Positions 48,935 through 57,801 of a DNA stretch of 60,069 nucleotides are shown here, piece by piece. Every line of letters begins with the position of its first letter. Position 1 is the stretch's first letter. Origin of the DNA: a virus. Lineage: Duplodnaviria; Caudoviricetes. The notes beneath the pieces are model-generated. The model saw only the letters and a program-made list of their open reading frames with translations, searched no databases and was not told the origin of the DNA. The stretch covers positions 1-60,069 of the IMG/VR virus record IMGVR_UViG_3300017752_000010; one strand, written 5' to 3'. A program made the translations under genes and the position numbers.

Positions 48935-49515
48935 CTAGAGCAGGATACGACGCTTACATCTTATATTTAGCGTTGCAAAAACATTTTTCAAGCGACTATG
49001 ACTTTTTCAAATATAATGGCAAAGTCAAAGCATCGGTGAAAGCTTATGAAGATAGGAAAGATGTATTTGCATTTGAAAAGCTAGTAAAGATTATAGATGT
49101 AAAAGAAGATCTAACAGACTTCTTTGTATCACATTTTCTAGATGACTCTAAAGCATATATTCGGTCTATGCAAAAAGGTACAATGGATAAATGGCGTGCT
49201 ACTCTTCGTCAAATGCCATCTCAATTTAGAGAAGATATGTATGCCATCAAAAGATCTGGTCCTGGTAAATGCATGGAAGTAAAAAATGATATTCCAATCA
49301 TTCATAAAAAAGTTATAGATGGCGAAATAAAAATGGAAAGCGTGGTATTACTTAATCAGTTGTGGCCTTTGATGGACAAACACGAAGCTGAAGTAGATGT
49401 TCCATTTGTATGGCCTGACTATGTTAAGAAAATAAGGAATTATAGTCCATTTGTGTTACAGAAACTTGACTATAAATACTACGAAGAGATCGCTCGCGAT
49501 GTTCTTCTGTCTTAG
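48931..49515 (+). CDS. gp59: helicase loader gp59
   Basis: Y..YLAL..HF...YDFFKYNGK, RKD...F.KL, I..E, W......I..Y.PF. Confidence 0.85.
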   Translation: MTRAGYDAYILYLALQKHFSSDYDFFKYNGKVKASVKAYEDRKDVFAFEKLVKIIDVKEDLTDFFVSHFLDDSKAYIRSMQKGTMDKWRATLRQMPSQFREDMYAIKRSGPGKCMEVKNDIPIIHKKVIDGEIKMESVVLLNQLWPLMDKHEAEVDVPFVWPDYVKKIRNYSPFVLQKLDYKYYEEIARDVLLS

Positions 49516-49565
49516 GCAGACATTAAACTCAACTGAATCGAAACTATGAAATGGAGAAACAAAAT

Positions 49566-50501
49566 ATGTCATTCGATGATTATCTAAAAAACCGAAACTC
49601 TCAATTCGAGAAGCTTTCACAATCCCTAAAACAAAATACTGAAACCAAGTCATATGATGATGACCGTATCTGGAAACCTCGTATGGGTAAAGATGGTACT
49701 GGTTATGCAGTAGTTCGTTTTCTTCCTGGCAAAGATCCAAACAAAACACCGTTTGTTACAATTTATGACCATGGCTTCCAAGGTCCTAGTGGTAAATGGT
49801 ATATTGAAAACTCTTTGACTACTCTAAGTCAAAATGATCCAGTATCAGAGTACAACTCTAAGCTTTGGAATTCGGGCATCGAGGCAAATAAAGAACTTGC
49901 ACGTAAACAAAAACGTCGTACTTCTTATTATGCAAATGCGCTAGTCCTTCAAGATCCTAATAATCCGGAAAATGAAGGCAAAGTTAAAATCTTCAAATTT
50001 GGCCAAAAAATTTATGAAAAAGTCATGAATGCTATGCAACCAGAATTTGCAGATGAAGATCCAATTAATCCTTTTGATCTAATTGAAGGTGCTAATTTCC
50101 GCATCAAAATTAAAATGGTCGGTGGTTATTGGAACTATGACAGTTCTTCCTTTGAAAAAGCAAGTCCAATGAGTGAAGCAGAAGATAAGCTTCGTGCAGT
50201 CTATGAATCTCAGCATGATGTTCATGGTCTTGTTGGAGAAGATAAATTCAAAGGTTATGACGAACTGAAACAAAAACTTATGGATGTTCTTGGTGAAACC
50301 TATATGGGTGATACACCAGCTCAGCAAGCAGCCATTCCAGTAAGTAATCCAACACCAACGCCTACTGCTGAAACTTCTTCTAGCAGTGGTGATGATTTTG
50401 CTCAAGTGTTTGAAACTAAGGATGATGGTAATACAACATCAGCCTCAAATAACGATGATGAAGATCTAGAAGATTACTTTAAAAGCCTAGCTGCTGACTA
50501 A
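49566..50501 (+). CDS. gp32: single-stranded DNA-binding protein gp32
   Basis: DDRIWKP, GYAV.RFLP, H.FQGP.GKWYIENSLTT, ARKQKR, NPFD..EGANF, acidic tail YFKSLA; start after a GGAG SD. Confidence 0.95.
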   Translation: MSFDDYLKNRNSQFEKLSQSLKQNTETKSYDDDRIWKPRMGKDGTGYAVVRFLPGKDPNKTPFVTIYDHGFQGPSGKWYIENSLTTLSQNDPVSEYNSKLWNSGIEANKELARKQKRRTSYYANALVLQDPNNPENEGKVKIFKFGQKIYEKVMNAMQPEFADEDPINPFDLIEGANFRIKIKMVGGYWNYDSSSFEKASPMSEAEDKLRAVYESQHDVHGLVGEDKFKGYDELKQKLMDVLGETYMGDTPAQQAAIPVSNPTPTPTAETSSSSGDDFAQVFETKDDGNTTSASNNDDEDLEDYFKSLAAD

Positions 50502-50542
50502 AAGTATTTAGTAAATAATAGAAGGTTGTGAAACCTGCTAGG

Positions 50543-50584
50543 AAAACCCACCAGTTAATCATTTATTGACTGAGTGGGTTTTTT
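50543..50584. terminator. probable bidirectional intrinsic terminator
   Basis: AAAACCCAC-CAGTTAAT / ATTGACTG-A-GTGGGTTTTTT stem between convergent genes; small AGGTT-GTGA-AACCT hairpin at 50523-50536. Confidence 0.65.
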
Positions 50585-50973
50585 AGTGCTTCTTCGATTT
50601 GTTCTCTAATAGATTTTCTAATATCAAGTAAATCTTTTTGTGTAGCAGTTTCTAGAACGTATAGACGTTTTTGTTCGTCTCTTACATCGAGTTTGACATC
50701 TCTTAAATCGCCAGTAATCATATTCAGTTCTTGCATTACAATACCAACTTCATTTTGAATAGAATCCATTTTTTCGTTTTGTACAGCTAGACTTTTTTCT
50801 ATATGAGAAAGATCAGGTGTTTGGAATGCAGCAATTTTTTCTTCCATTGCTTTATAACGGGAATATGCTTCGAAGCCACCCCACATAGCACCACCTAAAG
50901 TTGAAAGTGCTGTTATTACCACCATCATTTTACCACCAGTGAACTTTACTCCACCAAATTCTATTTCAGCCAT
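50563..50973 (-). CDS. membrane-anchored coiled-coil protein
   Basis: N-terminal TM segment followed by a heptad coiled-coil. Confidence 0.65.
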   Translation of the reverse strand: MAEIEFGGVKFTGGKMMVVITALSTLGGAMWGGFEAYSRYKAMEEKIAAFQTPDLSHIEKSLAVQNEKMDSIQNEVGIVMQELNMITGDLRDVKLDVRDEQKRLYVLETATQKDLLDIRKSIREQIEEALKNPLSQ

Positions 50974-52874
50974 TAGTATTGACTCCTAATAATTTCTTGC
51001 ATAAGACCATAGTTTGCACTTTGCATTCTGTACAAAGAGTCGGCCTTATCTCGAAGAGTTACATCTTCGTATATCTTACGGTCATTATAAAAGGAAGTCG
51101 CATCCGTCAAAGCTTCTGCATAGTATTTATTTAAATTGTTTCCATTAGCAATGTTTTCTAATTGGGTTATTTGTTTATTGAAAATACCAGATTGATTATC
51201 TAAATTCTTTTTTCTTACACTTTCAGCCATTTTTTCGGCTAGTGATTGTTCTTTAATTTCAAATTTAAAGTTATCTACCTGTAACGATCCACTGAGTGAA
51301 AATGATTGTAGATCTATATTAACACCACTGCTCTGTGCACCCTGTGTATCGTTAGCAAATCCATTTTTCATTTCAGTGAAAGATACTCCTGTTCCAGCAA
51401 TTGCAGATATCCCTCCCTGCCCACTTTCAAAGTATCCTCCGCTTCCTGTACCTTGTGCAGCCGCGGATTGTCCCGATTCGATACTATTTGATATGATCCC
51501 AGCAACAAGACTACTAGCAGTGCCGAGGCCAACACTAAGGCCGATACGAGATCCTGACCGCCTTGTTGTTTTTCCTGATTCTGTTTCTTCGGTTGGAGTT
51601 GTTTCGGTAATAACCACCACATCTTCTTCTATCTCCTTATTAGCTTCTTCAATTTCTTTTCTTTCTTCTTGCTCTTCAGCGAGCACTTCTAAATCTTCAA
51701 TGGCTTCTTTAATATCTTCAGGTATGAACTCATCGAGTTCTGGTTCAATACTAAAACTTTCTTCAAATATAATTTCGTCTTCAAAGACTCTATCAAATTG
51801 TGGTTCAAAGTCATTGTATTCATTAATCATAGAGATGTCATCAATAGGTTCAGAGTACATTTCGTTTTCTTCTGTCTTTACGTTACCAAATGCGTCATAC
51901 TCTTCACCAGTATCTCCTAAACTAAAGTCTTCAAAGGAAGAACTACTCGATGATTCAAACGAGAATGTTTCAAACTTATAGCCTGGACATGTAGATGACC
52001 ATTGAGAATCTGTCTTACATTGTTCTTCTTCATATGCCATTTGGTAGCCGGGACATTTAGGTGACCACAATGGATCGGCTGAACATTGCTGGTCTTCATA
52101 AGCTTTTTCATAGCCTGAACATGATGGGTCATACAATGGATCATAAGAACATTGTTGATCTGTATAAGCCTGTTCATATCCTGGACATTGCTGATTATAG
52201 AGAGGGTCTGAAGAACATTGTTGATTGAAGTACGCTTCTTCGTAACCACTACAACTTGGATCATTTAAAGGATTAGAGCAGTCAACATAACCAGAATCAT
52301 TCCACGTGAAATCTAATTCAGAACCACCTGTAAACAAGCCATCTTGCCTATCGTGAAAAAAGTTCTCAACAACTTCGTCTTCTGATATATCACCAGTAAG
52401 ACCAGACCATATATCGTGATTGCGAATATCTAATTCATCATACCAAAAATCTATCAAAGCACCGCCAGTTGACGCTTTAATATCCAAGCCAAAAGTATTG
52501 TTTGTTTGCTGGTTATAATACTCAAACTGATTATCCCAACTGATAGAAAAAGAATCAATATTATCGGATTGATATGTAATAGAACCACCAATTATGTCTG
52601 TCCAAAAAGGAAACAGACCATAATCATGCATTTCTTCTGTAGGTGAATATCCATTACAACAATTCTGAGCATATCCATTATTGTTGCCAAATAATGTCAT
52701 GCCATTTGTGTAGATTGTAATTTTATCGAATGTTTCGCCAAAATAAGTGAGATCAAAACCTAAGTTAACGGATGTATAAGCATCATCACCTAGATTGATT
52801 GTTGTCTGTGCGTTTGCTTTAAAGAAGAACGAGCAACAAAAGACCGCCAATAGTGTATAAAACTTTATTGCCAC
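50973..52874 (-). CDS. secreted protein with Cys-rich repeats
   Basis: Signal peptide (ANA|Q), NIDO-like N-domain (LGF..TYFG.TF....I.TNG, PFWTD), five Cys repeats, acidic linker. Confidence 0.7.
   Translation of the reverse strand: MAIKFYTLLAVFCCSFFFKANAQTTINLGDDAYTSVNLGFDLTYFGETFDKITIYTNGMTLFGNNNGYAQNCCNGYSPTEEMHDYGLFPFWTDIIGGSITYQSDNIDSFSISWDNQFEYYNQQTNNTFGLDIKASTGGALIDFWYDELDIRNHDIWSGLTGDISEDEVVENFFHDRQDGLFTGGSELDFTWNDSGYVDCSNPLNDPSCSGYEEAYFNQQCSSDPLYNQQCPGYEQAYTDQQCSYDPLYDPSCSGYEKAYEDQQCSADPLWSPKCPGYQMAYEEEQCKTDSQWSSTCPGYKFETFSFESSSSSSFEDFSLGDTGEEYDAFGNVKTEENEMYSEPIDDISMINEYNDFEPQFDRVFEDEIIFEESFSIEPELDEFIPEDIKEAIEDLEVLAEEQEERKEIEEANKEIEEDVVVITETTPTEETESGKTTRRSGSRIGLSVGLGTASSLVAGIISNSIESGQSAAAQGTGSGGYFESGQGGISAIAGTGVSFTEMKNGFANDTQGAQSSGVNIDLQSFSLSGSLQVDNFKFEIKEQSLAEKMAESVRKKNLDNQSGIFNKQITQLENIANGNNLNKYYAEALTDATSFYNDRKIYEDVTLRDKADSLYRMQSANYGLMQEIIRSQY
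51978..52280 (-). repeat. five tandem approximately 22-aa Cys repeats (C..DPL....C.GYE.AY..QQ)
   Basis: Directly visible in the translation; about 66-nt period in the DNA. Confidence 0.85.
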
Positions 52875-53676
52875 CTTCTAAGTCCTCTTTAATCTTCACT
52901 TCATCTAGAGCATTATCAGGAACTAGTTCTGGATATGCCTTCCAAAGTTTAGCGGCTTCTTCGCCAATCTTACCTTCGAAAGGACATGGAGTTCCTGCCA
53001 TTTTCATGGCTTTCCATACACGTTCATCTTGACACATTGTAGATACTGCAGCAACTTTCATGCCCATATCATACATTGTCTTAGAGAGTTTAATACGTTC
53101 ACAATTCATATCACGAACTGCTTTACCACCCGAGATACCAAGAATCTGCGTTTGTACCGCAGCAGATATACCAGTTGTACAAAGATCTTGTGAATAAGAT
53201 GAACCAATATTAGGTGAAATAGCACTAGGTGGTGGAGACTTAACAGTAGTCTCACTTTCATTCTTATTGTTATTGGTGTTATTTGTTGTTACGCCAGATG
53301 TGCTTGTCGATGATGAAGTCGATGTATTATTATTTGTATTTGTATTAGTCTGGTTAACTGTTTGGTCAACACTTGATTCTGATGTGCTGTTCACTGTAGA
53401 ACTTGAAGTGTTTGTATTTGTATTCGAATTCGTGTTAGTTGAAGTCGAAGTGTTATTATTTGTATTAGAGTTCGTGTTAGTATTCGTGTTGGTATTACTA
53501 TTTGTATTCGAATTTGTTGAATTTACCGTAGAACTCGTGGTGGTATCATTGTCAATAATAGTATACGTACTATTAGTTCCATCTTGATATGTGTAATCAG
53601 GTTCTGCTTTTGCTATTGTTGTTAACGCAAACGTACATACTAAAGAAACAACGACAGCATTAATCGACTGTCTCAT
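52819..53676 (-). CDS. secreted / membrane-anchored protein with Asn/Thr/Ser low-complexity tract
   Basis: Signal peptide (AKA|E), NT-dipeptide tract, four-Cys C-domain, C-terminal hydrophobic anchor. Confidence 0.7.
   Translation of the reverse strand: MRQSINAVVVSLVCTFALTTIAKAEPDYTYQDGTNSTYTIIDNDTTTSSTVNSTNSNTNSNTNTNTNTNSNTNNNTSTSTNTNSNTNTNTSSSTVNSTSESSVDQTVNQTNTNTNNNTSTSSSTSTSGVTTNNTNNNKNESETTVKSPPPSAISPNIGSSYSQDLCTTGISAAVQTQILGISGGKAVRDMNCERIKLSKTMYDMGMKVAAVSTMCQDERVWKAMKMAGTPCPFEGKIGEEAAKLWKAYPELVPDNALDEVKIKEDLEGGNKVLYTIGGLLLLVLL
53260..53545 (-). repeat. Asn/Thr/Ser low-complexity repeat
   Basis: NSTNSNTNSNTNTNTNTNSNTNNNTSTST... encoded by degenerate hexamer repeats. Confidence 0.8.
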
Positions 53677-53691
53677 CTTTGTTTCCTTTTT

Positions 53692-53719
53692 TATTTACTG
53701 GGCACTATTTACTGGGCAC
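53692..53719. repeat. 14-bp tandem duplication TATTTACTGGGCAC x2
   Basis: Exact copies at 53692-53705 and 53706-53719. Confidence 0.9.
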
Positions 53720-54569
53720 CAGTCTTTTTCTTTTTCTTTCGCCAAGTACCGTCAGGTAGCTGTTCCATATCATCAGTCGGTATTTCAATGTTAATACCCT
53801 CATGACTAGTGTGTTGAGGTTCTTTTTTTCTTTCGCGATTAACAATATCATTCCATGCAATCAACAATGCGACTGCTAATGGGTCAAATACAATTACCAA
53901 TAATATAATTACCCATCTTACTGCATCTTCTAATACAGTGCGACTCGTTTCGCCATAAATTAATTCTGCAATGTACTTAATTGGACCAACTTCAGCTTCT
54001 ATTAGAATTTGATCTTTACTTAGTACTAGTTTTTCTTCTTCAAGTGAATCAATAGCCTTTTCAGCATTTCTAATTACTAAGGCGAGTTGATCCCTCTCAG
54101 GCTTTTGATTAGCTCGCGTAGAAATACTCCCCGAACGGCCTCTGATGCGGTCGTTGTCGATGAGGACTTGCACGGCTTGATCAAGCTGTCCGATGACTTG
54201 TTCTGCGTCTCTAATTGCTCTTTGTTCTCTTCCGATTCTGGAGTCGAGTCGTGTGATTTGCACGCTGTTGTCTCCACCGGTAATTCCTTGTTCAATGTGG
54301 GCTTTGGAGAGGAATCCAAAGATTCCCATTGAGGTGATGAACATGAGGAAAGCAACAGCAAAAGTAAGATAAGCCCTAAGCAATTTAGGAGCTTCATGCC
54401 AAAACCTGTGTAAATATGTAACTGCAACCAGTTTACCGGTTTCAAGAACGCCTCCCATTATGATTACAGGAATTGCTGCTGCTGCAAATATTGCAGCCAA
54501 CCCTGCGATTGAATACCATGCTGCAACTGCAGACACTGATAATGCTGTTAATAAAAGTAACCATTTCAT
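53709..54569 (-). CDS. multi-pass membrane protein with coiled-coil domain
   Basis: Three N-terminal TM helices, a coiled-coil, a C-terminal TM (IVFDPLAV); TATAAATA at 54574-54581. Confidence 0.7.
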   Translation of the reverse strand: MKWLLLLTALSVSAVAAWYSIAGLAAIFAAAAIPVIIMGGVLETGKLVAVTYLHRFWHEAPKLLRAYLTFAVAFLMFITSMGIFGFLSKAHIEQGITGGDNSVQITRLDSRIGREQRAIRDAEQVIGQLDQAVQVLIDNDRIRGRSGSISTRANQKPERDQLALVIRNAEKAIDSLEEEKLVLSKDQILIEAEVGPIKYIAELIYGETSRTVLEDAVRWVIILLVIVFDPLAVALLIAWNDIVNRERKKEPQHTSHEGINIEIPTDDMEQLPDGTWRKKKKKTGAQ

Positions 54570-54576
54570 ACCCTAT

Positions 54577-55701
54577 TTATACGATTGGAGGAGGCGGTGG
54601 CAATCCTGAATTCTGTTTCTTAGATTTTGGTGGTGGTGGCGGTGTAAGATTAATTGCAGCTTGAGGTTGTGGTCTTGTTTTTAATTCTTCTGCATAAGCC
54701 ATCTTCATCATATCTTCTGTTGGCCATTTGACATGTCCATTTTCGATATAATGCATTCCTGGAACTGTTATAACATGATCACCAATCTCGAGATTTAAGG
54801 AAACATTTGCACCATCATCTCCATGCTTTTTCTGTTCTCTTAGTGCAGCAATTCTAATTTCTATTACTTGTTTTGGATCTAACAAATCTGGAAAGATGAT
54901 GTTTTCTTGACCAGAAATTTGACGCTCTAAAGAAGCACGTTCATCATCTGGATTCTTACCATACGCTAATTGTTTATCTTCATCAGTAATTTGTTTGATG
55001 TCTTTTAAATCAGCATCGTTTTCTAAGTGATCAATAAGATTATCAAAAGTAATTTGATGCCAATTATCAAAGCCAACAAGACGTGGAGGAGACTTATCTA
55101 GAAAAGGATTTACGTGATAAAACTCTGTATCTGGAAATTGTTTAATGATCCATTGAAAACGACGTTGCCAATTCCTAAATGTTGGTGCACCATTCTTAAC
55201 ATCATCATCTTCATGGAGCTTCGCATAATGCTTTTCACCTTCATATAGATTGTTCATAATACCATTGTTATCAGGAACATTTACATCTACAGGAGAATCA
55301 AGACCAAAAAAGTCGTTACCAATTAAAAATATCTTTTCACATTTATGAGTATGAGCAGCAATATATGTAGCTGATGGACCAGCTGCAAATTTTTCAGGTG
55401 TAGGAATTTTCTTTGCACCTGAACCAGGCTTTGAAAACCATGTATAGAACCAATTAATTCTAGAGTATCTTTCGAACCTTTTAAAAATTGTTTTAGTCAT
55501 AGGTTCATCAGAAGCTACTAGTACATGTGGTCTAAACTCTTTTTGAAAGAACCAGTTACAGGCATAGATTTTACCCCAATCAGCAAGTTGTTTGATATCA
55601 AGTCCTTTGCGACTTGTACCATTGCCAATGACAAAACCATAGCCACCAAGAGGCAGTTGAGGCTTTTGTCCAGGAGGTTTTTTGATTTTAATTTTACGCA
55701 T
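54577..55701 (-). CDS. putative glycosyl/nonulosonyl transferase-like protein (Maf/Cst-II/DUF115-like) with polyproline tail
   Basis: VIGNGTSR, IYACN, LVASD, GPSA, IFLIG.DF motif series; CATAAATA at 55725-55732. Confidence 0.55.
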   Translation of the reverse strand: MRKIKIKKPPGQKPQLPLGGYGFVIGNGTSRKGLDIKQLADWGKIYACNWFFQKEFRPHVLVASDEPMTKTIFKRFERYSRINWFYTWFSKPGSGAKKIPTPEKFAAGPSATYIAAHTHKCEKIFLIGNDFFGLDSPVDVNVPDNNGIMNNLYEGEKHYAKLHEDDDVKNGAPTFRNWQRRFQWIIKQFPDTEFYHVNPFLDKSPPRLVGFDNWHQITFDNLIDHLENDADLKDIKQITDEDKQLAYGKNPDDERASLERQISGQENIIFPDLLDPKQVIEIRIAALREQKKHGDDGANVSLNLEIGDHVITVPGMHYIENGHVKWPTEDMMKMAYAEELKTRPQPQAAINLTPPPPPKSKKQNSGLPPPPPIV

Positions 55702-55727
55702 TGGTTACCTCATGATATAGATTATAT

Positions 55728-55943
55728 TTATGCTCTTTGTTTTTGTGGTTTACGGAACTTGTCACTAGTTCCAAGCATAACTCTTTCCATGATTTTAGTA
55801 ATTTCATTCTTATCAAGATGACGTAAGTGAGAAACTGTAGTCATGTACTTAATGCATTCATCTACATTTTTGACTTGATGAATGTAAATTGCTTCTTCAA
55901 TTAGTTCTACAAGAAGTTTGTAGATAGATACTTTTTTAGCCAT
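55728..55943 (-). CDS. hypothetical protein
   Basis: GGAG SD; coupled to the upstream gene. Confidence 0.55.
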   Translation of the reverse strand: MAKKVSIYKLLVELIEEAIYIHQVKNVDECIKYMTTVSHLRHLDKNEITKIMERVMLGTSDKFRKPQKQRA

Positions 55944-56554
55944 TATTCTTCTCCAATTTCATTAAGAATATAGTTATAGATATGTTTCCATTTCCAGAGT
56001 CGAGGAATACCATCTGTTACGTCTAGATCGTTATTGTAATCATGAGCGATAATAATCGGATCAAGTCCTACTTTTAAACCATCCATAGCGTTTTCGATTT
56101 TATCTTCAATCCAAAAACATTTAGTATCAGAATATTCTGCAAGATCTTTTAGCTTTGACCTACCAGTATCTTGGTAGATAAATTTTGTAAAGATATTTTT
56201 ACCAAACAGATATTCTAAGTTTTTCTCTCTAAGCATTTGCGGATGCCTATGATTCGAGAGAGCGGTAATACAGTGAAATTGAAAACCATGGCGTTCATGA
56301 AGACGCTTAAGGTAATACACTGCATCTCTCAGCGGTGGCAGAAATCCAATCACTGCAGAGTTGTTGAACTCTATGACATAACTTTCAAAGTCTTCTGCAG
56401 ACATATCATAGCTTCCAGCAATTTCGTATTGATCTGAGTCATTGCAAGTCAGATTGTGATGTGTTTCCATCCATGTTTGAAATGCAAATTTCCAATCTAA
56501 GAGGACGCCATCGCAATCGACTAAGATAATCTTTTCTCTCATTAAGTTCTTCAT
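55943..56554 (-). CDS. HAD-family 5'(3')-deoxyribonucleotidase-like protein
   Basis: DxDGV (DCDGVL), IT motif II, K, WIEDK..NA. Confidence 0.8.
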   Translation of the reverse strand: MKNLMREKIILVDCDGVLLDWKFAFQTWMETHHNLTCNDSDQYEIAGSYDMSAEDFESYVIEFNNSAVIGFLPPLRDAVYYLKRLHERHGFQFHCITALSNHRHPQMLREKNLEYLFGKNIFTKFIYQDTGRSKLKDLAEYSDTKCFWIEDKIENAMDGLKVGLDPIIIAHDYNNDLDVTDGIPRLWKWKHIYNYILNEIGEE

Positions 56555-56560
56555 ATTAGG

Positions 56561-56590
56561 GTTATACTCTAAAAGAGAATTAATTTACAA
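56561..56590 (-). promoter_or_regulatory. sigma70-like promoter
   Basis: TTGTAA-N18-TATAAC, 6 nt upstream of the ATG at 56554. Confidence 0.45.
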
Positions 56591-57242
56591 GGTGAAAGTG
56601 ACGATCATAAACGTGAAGATTAGCAACTTGCCATACGATTTGCCCAGGATCAACACCTAAGTCTTTGGCTAGCTGAACCTGTACGTATTTTTGCCAAGCA
56701 TAATCATTCTTATATCCAAATACAACGTCATTAGAACGCATCTGAACATTAGCATGCAATTGACCGTTGCGAATATAATAACCAACAGCATTTGTACAAA
56801 TAAAATCATTTTTGCCATTGTCATTAAATTCTGTCCAGATAGAAGGACGATTATAAATCATTTGACCTCGACGCGAATCAGGATTCTGTGTTAGTTCATC
56901 AAGAACACGGTCATATTGATTGTAGAATTTATCATCAAAGATAAGGTAACCATAGTTAGAATTGATTTCACCATGCTGATTAGCAGTTGCTGTCCAAGCT
57001 GATGGTGGTTGCTTACCTTCTTCTTCATAGATATCATAAATGTTTGTTGATTGACTTAGATACCAATCGATTTCTGAATTGATATAAGTTTGATTGGGTT
57101 CTCCAAAAATAGATTGCTCATCAGCTACAAAACATGCTCCAATCATCTCAATGGTCTTACCACCATTACGATCTTTGGTATAGTTTTCATGAAGTAACTC
57201 ATTAATAAAATGAGCTCGAACATCACGAACTGTGGGTAACAT
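56580..57242 (-). CDS. gp42: dCMP hydroxymethylase (thymidylate synthase family, T4 gp42-like)
   Basis: E..WY, INSNYG, DSRR, DFICTN catalytic Cys, MRSNDVVFG.KNDYAWQKYV with the dCMP-specifying Asp, LHVY.RHF; start re-assigned to ATG 57242. Confidence 0.88.
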   Translation of the reverse strand: MLPTVRDVRAHFINELLHENYTKDRNGGKTIEMIGACFVADEQSIFGEPNQTYINSEIDWYLSQSTNIYDIYEEEGKQPPSAWTATANQHGEINSNYGYLIFDDKFYNQYDRVLDELTQNPDSRRGQMIYNRPSIWTEFNDNGKNDFICTNAVGYYIRNGQLHANVQMRSNDVVFGYKNDYAWQKYVQVQLAKDLGVDPGQIVWQVANLHVYDRHFHLVN

Positions 57243-57243
57243 G

Positions 57244-57663
57244 CTATTGTTTCCGAGTCGTGGCTTGGGAGAGAATTCCAGTATTTCCGCCATGGTTTGG
57301 TGCTTTCCATCCCGCAGGTTTAATAAGATCCGGAAGGCCCAGCGGGTTTGGACGTTCTGGTTTGATACCAACTTCTTTAGTTACATTTGCTCGAAGTACT
57401 TCATTCCATGCTTTTGTAGCATCTACTTTAAACAAGTCAAGTGTACCAATTGCTACAACACAAAGGTCAATAAGACCATCTACAATTTCTTCTTCATCTT
57501 TTTCTTTAAATGCTTTGAATGTTTCATCTAGTTCTTCTTTAAGAAAAGCTAGGCGAAAAATAAGAAACTGATGAAGTTGTTCTTCATCTAAATAAGATAC
57601 AGCTTGTCTCACACCATGATGGTTGTGAAAGTTTTCCATATCTTGTACCCAATTATCTGACAT
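57244..57663 (-). CDS. MazG-like / all-alpha dNTP pyrophosphatase
   Basis: EELDE...EEIVDGLIDL acidic motif; AN..K; KP.GW..P. Confidence 0.8.
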   Translation of the reverse strand: MSDNWVQDMENFHNHHGVRQAVSYLDEEQLHQFLIFRLAFLKEELDETFKAFKEKDEEEIVDGLIDLCVVAIGTLDLFKVDATKAWNEVLRANVTKEVGIKPERPNPLGLPDLIKPAGWKAPNHGGNTGILSQATTRKQ

Positions 57664-57720
57664 CTACATCTCCAATATATATCATTACTACTAACAATAG
57701 GATTATACCAAAATACCAAA

Positions 57721-57801
57721 TCATTTTTTGGATTCCCAAATTGCACCCAATACTACGATCACACCTACAATACCAACTGCCCAAATAAAATTATTAATCA
57801 T
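57721..57801 (-). CDS. 26-aa single-TM microprotein
   Basis: Hand translation MINNFIWAVGIVGVIVVLGAIWESKK*; ATGA overlap with the upstream stop; AGGA SD. Confidence 0.55.
   Translation of the reverse strand: MINNFIWAVGIVGVIVVLGAIWESKK

Noticed and set aside
57243-57371. N-terminal extension of the gp42-like ORF given by the ORF track
   Set aside because: It overlaps the MazG-like gene; family similarity begins near ATG 57242.
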